Source of the DNA: an uncultured Planctomycetia bacterium
Lineage (GTDB): Bacteria > Omnitrophota > Gorgyraeia > 1-14-0-20-64-10
Assembly (NCBI GenBank): GCA_964597545.1
Contig: CAZQXN010000002.1
Location: 88,234 to 152,233 of the forward strand
DNA: 64,000 nt
Reading direction: 5' to 3'
The notes under the pieces were generated by a model that was given only the letters and a program-made list of their open reading frames with translations, had not been told where the DNA came from and did not search any database. Numbering within the stretch: the first letter of the stretch is position 1; each line of letters begins with the position of its first letter. Below, one piece after another: positions 1 to 7,559 of the stretch. A program made the translations under genes and the position numbers.

Positions 1-7
1 CAACACG

Positions 8-3000
8 GTGGATCCTCAAACCCTGGTGGCCGAGTGGGACGTCATCGATCCTGAGACGGGCACTTGGCTGCGGGCCGATGGGCAGGTGGAGATCTCCCTG
101 ATTCCGGATGAAAAGAAGCGCAAGGTCGACGGTTCGCTGGCCGCCTACCGACACTTCGGTTTCAAGGATCCGGTTTCCGCCTATCCGGGTTTGGTGGAGG
201 CGATACGGAATCAACTCAAGCCCGGCGGTGTGGTGTACTACGGTTTCTCCAGCGCGGTGGTCAGCCGCTCTCCGCAGGTGATGATTCGGGCAGTGGCCGA
301 AGCCCTTGCCCGGGAGGATGTGGCGAAGGTGTGGCTCGGCAATGTCACCTGGAACAACGAGACTGCCTTCATGGAGTGGACCGATGAGGCAGACTTCCAT
401 GAGATGGCCACCGGCCTGCCCTTGGCCGAAACCATGGACTACATGGTGGTCAACAGTGAATGGCCGCACGAAGCCGCGCTTGGCGAAGCGCGAGGATTGG
501 CAGAAGCGCTTGAAGGCAGCTATCCGGAGGCCTTGGAGGCGGCGGATCAAGCCATTCAAGAGACCGGAGGTGACAGGGCCGATTTAGCTCAGGAAGCGAT
601 CAAGCGACTCTCAGGGGTTGCGGGCATCAAGAATCCTGTCCGCCAACTCCTGCTGGGCATTTTGCTGTCTGACTGGGGAGACAATTCAACCGGCTGGAAG
701 TTTCGCGGGGGGCGCCCTCTCGGCAAATCGCAGAGCACCGCTCTTCAAAAACGCGGGCTCACCCTGTTGGAGCTTCCCTTTCTCCGGTTGGGGAGATCAC
801 CCATGCGGTTGGGCTACGGCGCGGACCGGAGAGACGTTAATCTGCCCTTGCCGATAGTGGATCCTGCGCAGTTTCGGTTGATTGATAAGATGGTCCGCGG
901 CCACTTTGCCCAGAAGAGCGGGCTGGAGGAGGGCACCCTGGGCAATCCGGATCTGGAGCGTGCGATGATCGAAAGCCCGACTTCGAACCAATGGCACCAG
1001 GCCTTTTTTGAGACGATGCCTACAGGGGCTGATTTCTTCTGGTGGTTTCCAGCGGCGCGCACCTTCATCAAGGACCATCCGCAGGTGATCACGGAAGATT
1101 TCCTGACCCTGCTGTGTGAGTCGGTTTCCAATCCGGGATTCAGCCGCTTCCACCGGCACGCGGCCTTCTGGCTCCTTTCCTCCCTGGCCTCCGAGCCGAT
1201 GGAGCTGCCCCCTGTCGGCGTCATACGGCCGGAGTATGAGTTGATCGTAAGCAACGCCTCACTCCGGCTCGCATGGAAGGATGACGCGCAGGATCAACCC
1301 CTCATTCGGGAGCTTCTTTCGGATGAGGGCATCACGGTGCACTCTCTTGCGATGCTGCCCCGGCAGGGCGCCAATGCGGGAACCTACCGGGCAGAGGTTG
1401 CCATGAGTCCCGGGGCACCCTCCGCAACAGTGGCGGTTAAGATCATCTATCCGATTCGATCCTATCGAGACCGCTTTCCAACCTTCTTCGGGACATTCGC
1501 CGATCTGGATCGCGAGGATCTGGAAGCAGGGCAGGCCAAGCGGCTTGTCTATCAGGAGCTTGCGGGAGATTGGATGGCCCGGCTTTTAAAGACGACCACA
1601 AAGTACCTTGCGTATCAGCACCCCGTGGCCCCTGGGGTGTCGTATCAGGAGGATCCTCCCTACTCTGGGCCAGGACTGGCGGCGACGTTCCCAGAGATCC
1701 ATACCGTTGCTTTAACGCCGCATGTACTCGTTGAGGAGTTTGTGGAGGGGGAGGATCTTGGCTACCTTGTGGAGCGAGGGGAGCACGAACTGCTGCCAGA
1801 TGCTACTCGGGCTGCGCGCTACGCCTATGAGCAGATCTGGGCCCATACGCAGGGTTTTGCCGCAAGCGATCCCAAGCCGACCAACGTGGTGGTTTGGCAG
1901 GAGGCCGGACAATGGCGCGCCAAAGTGGTGGACCTGATCGAGTTTGACCGCAAAACCGATGCAGAACTGCGCAAGCAGCTGGATCACTCTCTCCCGCTTG
2001 CCCTAGCCCGGGTTCCCGGCGGACAGGAGGAGATCCATCAGACGTTCCGGAGGCTGGAGAGCGAGCCCTGGCTGGCGGCTTGGAATGAGGCCTTCCAAGG
2101 TTTTGCCGAGATGGCGTCAGAGCGCCCGGAGCTGTTTGATTCCTTTGGGCTGCTGATTGACCAGAGCGCTGACGGTTTGGGCCAGCATCGGCTTGAGGTC
2201 GTCATCCCTCATCCTGAGCGCCTCAATGACGATGAGCGCGGAATGACGGTGCGCTATCTGGGAGCGATCCTGAACAACGCGGCCTGGCTTTCCATGAAGC
2301 AGCCGAAGGATACCGCCAAATCTCACGCGGTGATTTCTCTTTCCGGCGCATGGGCTCAGCGCGTCAATGACTGGCTGAAGAATGAAACCCGGCTGATTGA
2401 ATCCTTAAGCCCCACCATGCTCTATGGCCCGGTCTCTGTGGAGGTTGTTGGCGCCCTGCCGCCGGCCACCACCACGGCCGCCACCACGCCGGTCGCCTAT
2501 GCCCAGGTCAATGGGAAGAGTTTCAATCCAAGGGCAGGGGTCCCCATTGTGGGGGTGGATCTGGGCGGCACAAACCTCAAGATCAGCATACTTCAGGGCG
2601 GCCGAATGGTTCATGGAGAGGTTATTGCCGATTGGCGTGCCCAGGAGGCCGAGGTTGCCAGAGTAGGGCTGGCTCGATTCCTGGTTGACCAGATTCGCAA
2701 GAGACTCAGCGACGCCGACATTCAAGAGCTGCCCCAGGTGATCGGCATGTCCTGGCCAGGGCCGGTCCGCACCCCCAAGATCCTGGGCTCGGTTTCCATA
2801 GAGACCTTTCTGGCGGGGCTGATTGACAAGGTAAACCAAGGAGAGCTCTCCGGAGATGAGAGCAGGCTTCGCGCAGAGCTTGAGATGATGGAAGCAGGGC
2901 GCTTTATGGCGGCTTTGGGAAGCGCCTTGGACGAGACGGAGATGGAAGAAGTGATCCTCCTGCCTTACCGGGACGCCTTTGCCGAGGCCTTTGGGGTGGC

Positions 3001-4141
3001 GGTGGCCAGCTACCATCCGGCGTTTACGGGCAAAGCCCGCAGCGCCGTGCCCGCTCCAAGGATTGTCATCGTCACCTCCACCCTTGGAACCGGTGTCGCG
3101 ATCTATCTCGTTGAGCCTGACGGTCGGATTGCCCGGGATACACTCCTGTATGAGTTGGGGCGGCTTGTCATCAGCATGGACCCCTCGCAGACCAAGCCCA
3201 ACCGCTCCACGGGGTTGTACGGAACGCTGCGCCAGTTTTTCAGCAACGACGCGGTGCGCCTGGACGATGCCGAACACACCTCGCAAGCCGGTGAGGCGCT
3301 TGCAATGACGGCCCTCGTGCTCGAAGATGCGTTGGGGGCCGGCCGCATGACCCTTTCCGGGGGCAATGCCCGGCTGGAGATCGTCACGGCGGCCGAGGAG
3401 GCGCTGAAATGGATAAACACCTCCACCGAACAACCGACCAGCATGCACATTGAACTCAGCCCTGTTGCTGGGTTGACGGGAGCCGAGCCTATCTACACCC
3501 CCTCGATTGGTGCTGGCTGGGCGGCGTTGGCCGACAGCTTTGCTCCGGTTGAAGAGGAAGCTACTCCGGCAGAGCAGAAGGCCTCTGCGGGTTTGGAGGA
3601 GCTCATCACCATCGCCGAGGACACCATCAACGAGCCCGGCTTTGCCGACGCCTTGGCCTCCGGCCGCGGCACCGTACGCCTTCCCACAGCAGAGGCCAAC
3701 CGCCTCTTCGGCGCCCCCATTGCCCTCATCACCCAAGTCTCGGAGACCACAACCTCCTTCGGCCCTGAGGGCCTGGTCTTCATCGACGACGACCTGATAG
3801 TCAACACCGATGCCTTTGACCCCTTCCCCACGATCTCAACCGGCCCCACCGGAACCGGCACCCTCGCTGTCTTTCCTGAGATCCGCGAAGAGGATTTGGT
3901 TGTTGCCCAGACTGACGACCTCACCCAACTGCAGATCACCACCGCCCTAAACAACACCTTTGCTCCGGGTCAAGCCCCCCGAGTCATCATGGCCGGCTTA
4001 GAAGACGTTCAGACCCTCACCGCCAAGGCCATCGTCACCCTGTGGACCGACCCGAACCTGCCGGATGTGGTGATGATCGGCATTGTTGTGCAGATCAAGA
4101 ATCAGGCTGGAGAGACCTTCCAGCTCATCGTTGCGGCGTAA
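8..4141 (+). CDS. Giant multidomain GLEE-motif protein, 5'-partial (kinase-like domain + ROK-family domain + conserved C-terminal module)
   Basis: The frame is open to the window edge. Kinase-like motifs VAVKII / EEFVEG / DPKPTNVVV / KVVDL. ROK motifs VGVDLGGT, MSWPGPV, TLGTGV, LSGGN. SGLEE at 917, GGQEE at 2018, AGLEE at 3587. Confidence 0.85.
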   Translation: MDPQTLVAEWDVIDPETGTWLRADGQVEISLIPDEKKRKVDGSLAAYRHFGFKDPVSAYPGLVEAIRNQLKPGGVVYYGFSSAVVSRSPQVMIRAVAEALAREDVAKVWLGNVTWNNETAFMEWTDEADFHEMATGLPLAETMDYMVVNSEWPHEAALGEARGLAEALEGSYPEALEAADQAIQETGGDRADLAQEAIKRLSGVAGIKNPVRQLLLGILLSDWGDNSTGWKFRGGRPLGKSQSTALQKRGLTLLELPFLRLGRSPMRLGYGADRRDVNLPLPIVDPAQFRLIDKMVRGHFAQKSGLEEGTLGNPDLERAMIESPTSNQWHQAFFETMPTGADFFWWFPAARTFIKDHPQVITEDFLTLLCESVSNPGFSRFHRHAAFWLLSSLASEPMELPPVGVIRPEYELIVSNASLRLAWKDDAQDQPLIRELLSDEGITVHSLAMLPRQGANAGTYRAEVAMSPGAPSATVAVKIIYPIRSYRDRFPTFFGTFADLDREDLEAGQAKRLVYQELAGDWMARLLKTTTKYLAYQHPVAPGVSYQEDPPYSGPGLAATFPEIHTVALTPHVLVEEFVEGEDLGYLVERGEHELLPDATRAARYAYEQIWAHTQGFAASDPKPTNVVVWQEAGQWRAKVVDLIEFDRKTDAELRKQLDHSLPLALARVPGGQEEIHQTFRRLESEPWLAAWNEAFQGFAEMASERPELFDSFGLLIDQSADGLGQHRLEVVIPHPERLNDDERGMTVRYLGAILNNAAWLSMKQPKDTAKSHAVISLSGAWAQRVNDWLKNETRLIESLSPTMLYGPVSVEVVGALPPATTTAATTPVAYAQVNGKSFNPRAGVPIVGVDLGGTNLKISILQGGRMVHGEVIADWRAQEAEVARVGLARFLVDQIRKRLSDADIQELPQVIGMSWPGPVRTPKILGSVSIETFLAGLIDKVNQGELSGDESRLRAELEMMEAGRFMAALGSALDETEMEEVILLPYRDAFAEAFGVAVASYHPAFTGKARSAVPAPRIVIVTSTLGTGVAIYLVEPDGRIARDTLLYELGRLVISMDPSQTKPNRSTGLYGTLRQFFSNDAVRLDDAEHTSQAGEALAMTALVLEDALGAGRMTLSGGNARLEIVTAAEEALKWINTSTEQPTSMHIELSPVAGLTGAEPIYTPSIGAGWAALADSFAPVEEEATPAEQKASAGLEELITIAEDTINEPGFADALASGRGTVRLPTAEANRLFGAPIALITQVSETTTSFGPEGLVFIDDDLIVNTDAFDPFPTISTGPTGTGTLAVFPEIREEDLVVAQTDDLTQLQITTALNNTFAPGQAPRVIMAGLEDVQTLTAKAIVTLWTDPNLPDVVMIGIVVQIKNQAGETFQLIVAA
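3593..4141 (+). repeat. Copy 1 of a ~550-bp duplicated 3' gene segment (copy 2 at 6992-7537)
   Basis: Both copies begin ttggaggagctcatcaccatcgccgaggacaccatcaac, share a near-identical central block and end ctcatcgttgcggcgtaa. Confidence 0.95.
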
Positions 4142-4142
4142 C

Positions 4143-4213
4143 GTCATCCCCGACTTGATCGGGGATCAGATCCTCGCTTTGACGAGGGTGACAAAAGGAG
4201 TAGCGGGAATGAC
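4143..4213. repeat. Intergenic palindromic repeat (GTCATCCC...GGGAATGAC type), possibly also a terminator
   Basis: gtcatccccgacttgatcggggatc hairpin, a second hairpin cctcg-N-cgagg, and a gcgggaatgac end, all immediately after the stop codon. Confidence 0.6.
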
Positions 4214-4228
4214 AGTAAAGGGATTAAA

Positions 4229-7200
4229 TTGAAACGGCTGACAGCGGCATTCCTTGGTTTCTCTTTTGCCCTCTTTCCACAGGTTTTGCCAAAGGTTTGG
4301 GCGGCCGGGACCGACTTGCAAAAGGGGTCAGACCCCTTTACCCCCCGAAGGGGTCAGACCCCTACACTCAGACCTGCTCAGTCTGCAGATCAGAAGGAGA
4401 CCGAAGCCCGCCGGAAAAACCCTGTTTTGGCAGGACTGGAAGAGAGATTAACCGCTCCCTCCGGATTTGACAGACGGGAGTTTCTAAAACGGGGAATAGC
4501 GGGAATGGGGGCTGCAGGCTTGGGGTTGGCCCCTCTCCGGCATCTTCTGGCCCAGGCCGAGCGCGATCCGGAAAAAGCCGCACTGGTAGCGCGCGTTCGC
4601 CGGATGCTGAACCCCGACGATTACAAGGATTCGGTCCGGTTCATCGACAGGCAGCGGATTACAGGGCAGCCCCCTGTGATGCCGATCAACATTCCGGCCG
4701 AGGCCTTAGAGAGGTACCGCCGAGTGCGGGGCAGAGATTTTCGCGGGTTTAATTTCAACGGGCTTCACCGGAGTTACCGATCAGATCCCGATAACCCACA
4801 CTGGGCAGGGCCGGAAGGCTCTGCTCAGATGGCGAAATTCGGGAGGGTTTGGATTTATGATTCAGCCTTGGGTATCAAGGCCGAAGTGGGAGCCGCGCAG
4901 GCAGCCCTGGCCGATGGGCGAAGAGATGACGCCCTTGAACGGTTTAATCTCCTCTGGCGATCATCCCGTGCTTTGGTGGAATTGGGCAAGGACGAGGAGG
5001 CCCTTGGATTCTCCGGCGGCTGGCACTTTTCCTACAACACCGATGGCGACAGCTGGATTGACCCTCGTGCGCCCATGGGCGGGGTCTTGTGGGGCATCAA
5101 CGCTCTGTATGACGCCATCGGTTTTGTATTGACTGCCGACGATCCGGCCATCCGTTCGCATCGACAGGAGGCGCTGGAGCTGTTGGTCTGGGTCGACATG
5201 CTGGTTAAGCGGTTGGTCTTTTTCATGCAGGTGATGGACCCGGACGATCCCAGAGACGGCCTTATCCGGAACATGGTGTACAACAGCTTGATAGATGCAG
5301 GTCTTTCCATGGACGATGCCGGTTACCGCGTTTATGAGGGGCAGCCCAACCGAGCCGGTCAGTTTGTGATCTTTGAACACAATGCCGATTTGGCCGATGT
5401 TCTCCGCAACGCCGCTAAGGTCAATGCCGCAGCCGCCCTGATCGACGCCCGATTCCAGTCTCCGAAATTCCAGAAAGGGTTTATGGACGAGCTGCCGGTG
5501 CGGCACGAGCGGTTGCTCAATGCCCTGTGGGATAAGGCTTGGGTCGGGGACCACTTTGTCACCGCTATGGAGGCGGATGGAACCATCAACACTTCGGTAG
5601 CGCTTGACAACCAGACATGGGTTGCCGGGGTGTTTCTGCCGTACAGCGAGGATCGGGTCTGGCGAGCGCTCGACTATGCCTGGGAGGAATTCCGGACCAA
5701 GGGGCGCGATGGACGGATTGCCACCCGGTTGGGGGACTTGGTGCTGGAGGATGTTCCGGCTGCCGGCAGAAGGTGGGTTCAACAGCTTGCCGACGAGGAA
5801 ATTGCCGCTGTCCACTTCTTTGATTGGAATTTTAAGGACCCGTATGTGGTGGTGCCCGCTGCCCGCCGCCACAAGTTGATCGAGATGGTTCAACCCGAGG
5901 CGAACGAAGGCATTCGGGATCTGCTCATCCGGGTGGCGCTCGTGACGCGAGATCCTCAACGCCGAGAGGCGGCCCTCCGGCGGGCGGAGCTCATCACCAA
6001 GACCCTCTCCATGATCCGGAAGATCTACGGGGGGCTGCCCTATGCCACCAACTATATTCCGGATCTGATGAGCACGCTGCAGGCGATGGCGCCGGAGGCG
6101 AGTTTTGCGACCGTCTCGACCCGCTTGATGGGGGCGCCGGTCGCCCTGATCGGCACAGCTGCGCCGGATCACTTCACCTTCCAGGGGCGCAGGCCCGGCG
6201 AAGCTCCTGCGACGGTTACGCCCATGCGCGAGCCCGCGGTTGAGCCTGCTGTGCCCGCGGTTGAGCCTGCTGTGCCCGCGGTTGAGCCTGCTGTGCCCGC
6301 GGTCCCTGGCAAGCTGTCGGCAAAGGTGCTCGAGCTCAAGCCTGCCTACATGACACTCCAGCTTACAGTCCCCGAGCGCCTCAAGGGCAAGCAGTTCTTC
6401 GCCGTCGCCTTCATCAAGACCGACCAATGGTATCCCCAGCCTTCTATGAGAAAGAGCGAATTGATGAAGCGGGTGCGCTCGAGCGGCGAGGTCACCCTCA
6501 CGACCGTGGTTCCCCGTTCTCCCTTTGTCGGGGGCGGGATCCGCGGCCGGGCGGTTGCCCTCTTTGATAGCGAGGAGGCGTTCGACGCTTTCCTCAAAGA
6601 TTTTTCGAGGGCGGGCGATCGAGCGACCGCGCAGCACGCAGTCCAAATCTTTTTGATCAGCGAAGAGAAACAGGTAACGCCCACCGATCGACTGAGTTTC
6701 CATCACCCATCGATCAACAGCCCTTTGCTCAGCCGCAGCACCTTCCGTGGCCCTGCAGTTGAAGTGGGGCCTGGTTCAGCAGCGTTGGCCGCTGCCCAGC
6801 AGCCTCTCTCGGATACTTTGTTGGCCGAGGTTCTCTCGCCGGCGCCGGCCGGTTCTATGGGGAATCTGCCTCTGGCGATGGGGACCTCGGCCCGACTCTC
6901 TGAAGCGCTCCTCTCGGGCTTGGAAGAAGCCGTTGGTTTCAGCCACACCATTCAGAAGAACCATCTCAGCTTGTCGCAATTGACCGGAAGATTGGAGGAG
7001 CTCATCACCATCGCCGAGGACACCATCAACCAGTCCGGCTTTGCCGACGCCTTGGCCTCCGGCCACGGCACCGTGGTCCTCCCGCCGGCTGAAGCCGGCC
7101 GCCTCTTCGGCGCCCCCATTGCCCTCATCACCCAGGCCGGAGCACCCACCTCAGCCCCTGAGGCGCTGATCTTTGCCGACACCGACCTGATAGGAGTCAA

Positions 7201-7537
7201 CACCACTGCCTTTAGCCCCTTTGCTACTATTCCGGTGGGCTCCACAGGAGACGACATCCTCTCTGCCCTCCCTGAAGTCCGCAAAGGGGATTTGGTTGTT
7301 GCCCAGACTGACGACCTCACCCAACCGCAGATCACCGCCGCCCTAAACAACACCTTTGCTCCGGGCCAAGCCCCCCGAGTGATCATGGCCGGCTTAGAAG
7401 ACGTTCAGACCCTCACCGTCAAGGCCATCGTCACCCTCTGGACCGACCCGAACCTGCCGGATGTCATGGTGATCGGCGTGGTCCTCGAGCTCAAATCCAG
7501 AGCCGGCAACACCTACCTGCTCATCGTTGCGGCGTAA
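4229..7537 (+). CDS. Secreted GLEE-motif protein with an internal Tat-like signal and a six-hairpin glycosidase-like domain
   Basis: TTG start after aaaggga. Signal peptide ending VWA; TLRPAQ...AGLEE leader; DRREFLK + hydrophobic stretch + AQA. WIYDSAL / EHNADL / LDNQTW motifs resemble (alpha/alpha)6 glycosidase-like proteins. C-terminal module shared with 8-4141. Confidence 0.8.
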   Translation: MKRLTAAFLGFSFALFPQVLPKVWAAGTDLQKGSDPFTPRRGQTPTLRPAQSADQKETEARRKNPVLAGLEERLTAPSGFDRREFLKRGIAGMGAAGLGLAPLRHLLAQAERDPEKAALVARVRRMLNPDDYKDSVRFIDRQRITGQPPVMPINIPAEALERYRRVRGRDFRGFNFNGLHRSYRSDPDNPHWAGPEGSAQMAKFGRVWIYDSALGIKAEVGAAQAALADGRRDDALERFNLLWRSSRALVELGKDEEALGFSGGWHFSYNTDGDSWIDPRAPMGGVLWGINALYDAIGFVLTADDPAIRSHRQEALELLVWVDMLVKRLVFFMQVMDPDDPRDGLIRNMVYNSLIDAGLSMDDAGYRVYEGQPNRAGQFVIFEHNADLADVLRNAAKVNAAAALIDARFQSPKFQKGFMDELPVRHERLLNALWDKAWVGDHFVTAMEADGTINTSVALDNQTWVAGVFLPYSEDRVWRALDYAWEEFRTKGRDGRIATRLGDLVLEDVPAAGRRWVQQLADEEIAAVHFFDWNFKDPYVVVPAARRHKLIEMVQPEANEGIRDLLIRVALVTRDPQRREAALRRAELITKTLSMIRKIYGGLPYATNYIPDLMSTLQAMAPEASFATVSTRLMGAPVALIGTAAPDHFTFQGRRPGEAPATVTPMREPAVEPAVPAVEPAVPAVEPAVPAVPGKLSAKVLELKPAYMTLQLTVPERLKGKQFFAVAFIKTDQWYPQPSMRKSELMKRVRSSGEVTLTTVVPRSPFVGGGIRGRAVALFDSEEAFDAFLKDFSRAGDRATAQHAVQIFLISEEKQVTPTDRLSFHHPSINSPLLSRSTFRGPAVEVGPGSAALAAAQQPLSDTLLAEVLSPAPAGSMGNLPLAMGTSARLSEALLSGLEEAVGFSHTIQKNHLSLSQLTGRLEELITIAEDTINQSGFADALASGHGTVVLPPAEAGRLFGAPIALITQAGAPTSAPEALIFADTDLIGVNTTAFSPFATIPVGSTGDDILSALPEVRKGDLVVAQTDDLTQPQITAALNNTFAPGQAPRVIMAGLEDVQTLTVKAIVTLWTDPNLPDVMVIGVVLELKSRAGNTYLLIVAA
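4321..4363. repeat. Two GGGGTCAGACCCC palindromes inside the CDS (encode KGSDPF...RGQTP)
   Basis: aaaggggtcagaccccttt at 4321-4339 and aaggggtcagacccct at 4348-4363; same family as 28304 and 34551. Confidence 0.85.
6232..6303 (+). repeat. 21-bp tandem repeat, ~3.4 copies (PAVEPAV linker)
   Basis: gcccgcggttgagcctgctgt x3 followed by gcccgcggt. Confidence 0.95.
6992..7537 (+). repeat. Copy 2 of the duplicated C-terminal module
   Basis: Matches 3593-4141 at DNA and protein level (LEELITIAEDTIN...LIVAA). Confidence 0.95.
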
Positions 7538-7559
7538 GAGACGAAGTTGCGATAAAATA

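Noticed and set aside
2405-6706. Long antisense ORFs (2405-3736, 4961-6706) and similar ones elsewhere (e.g. 26899-28464, 25523-26518, 44854-45924)
   Set aside because: They are shadow frames opposite well-supported genes in high-GC DNA and have no recognisable motifs.
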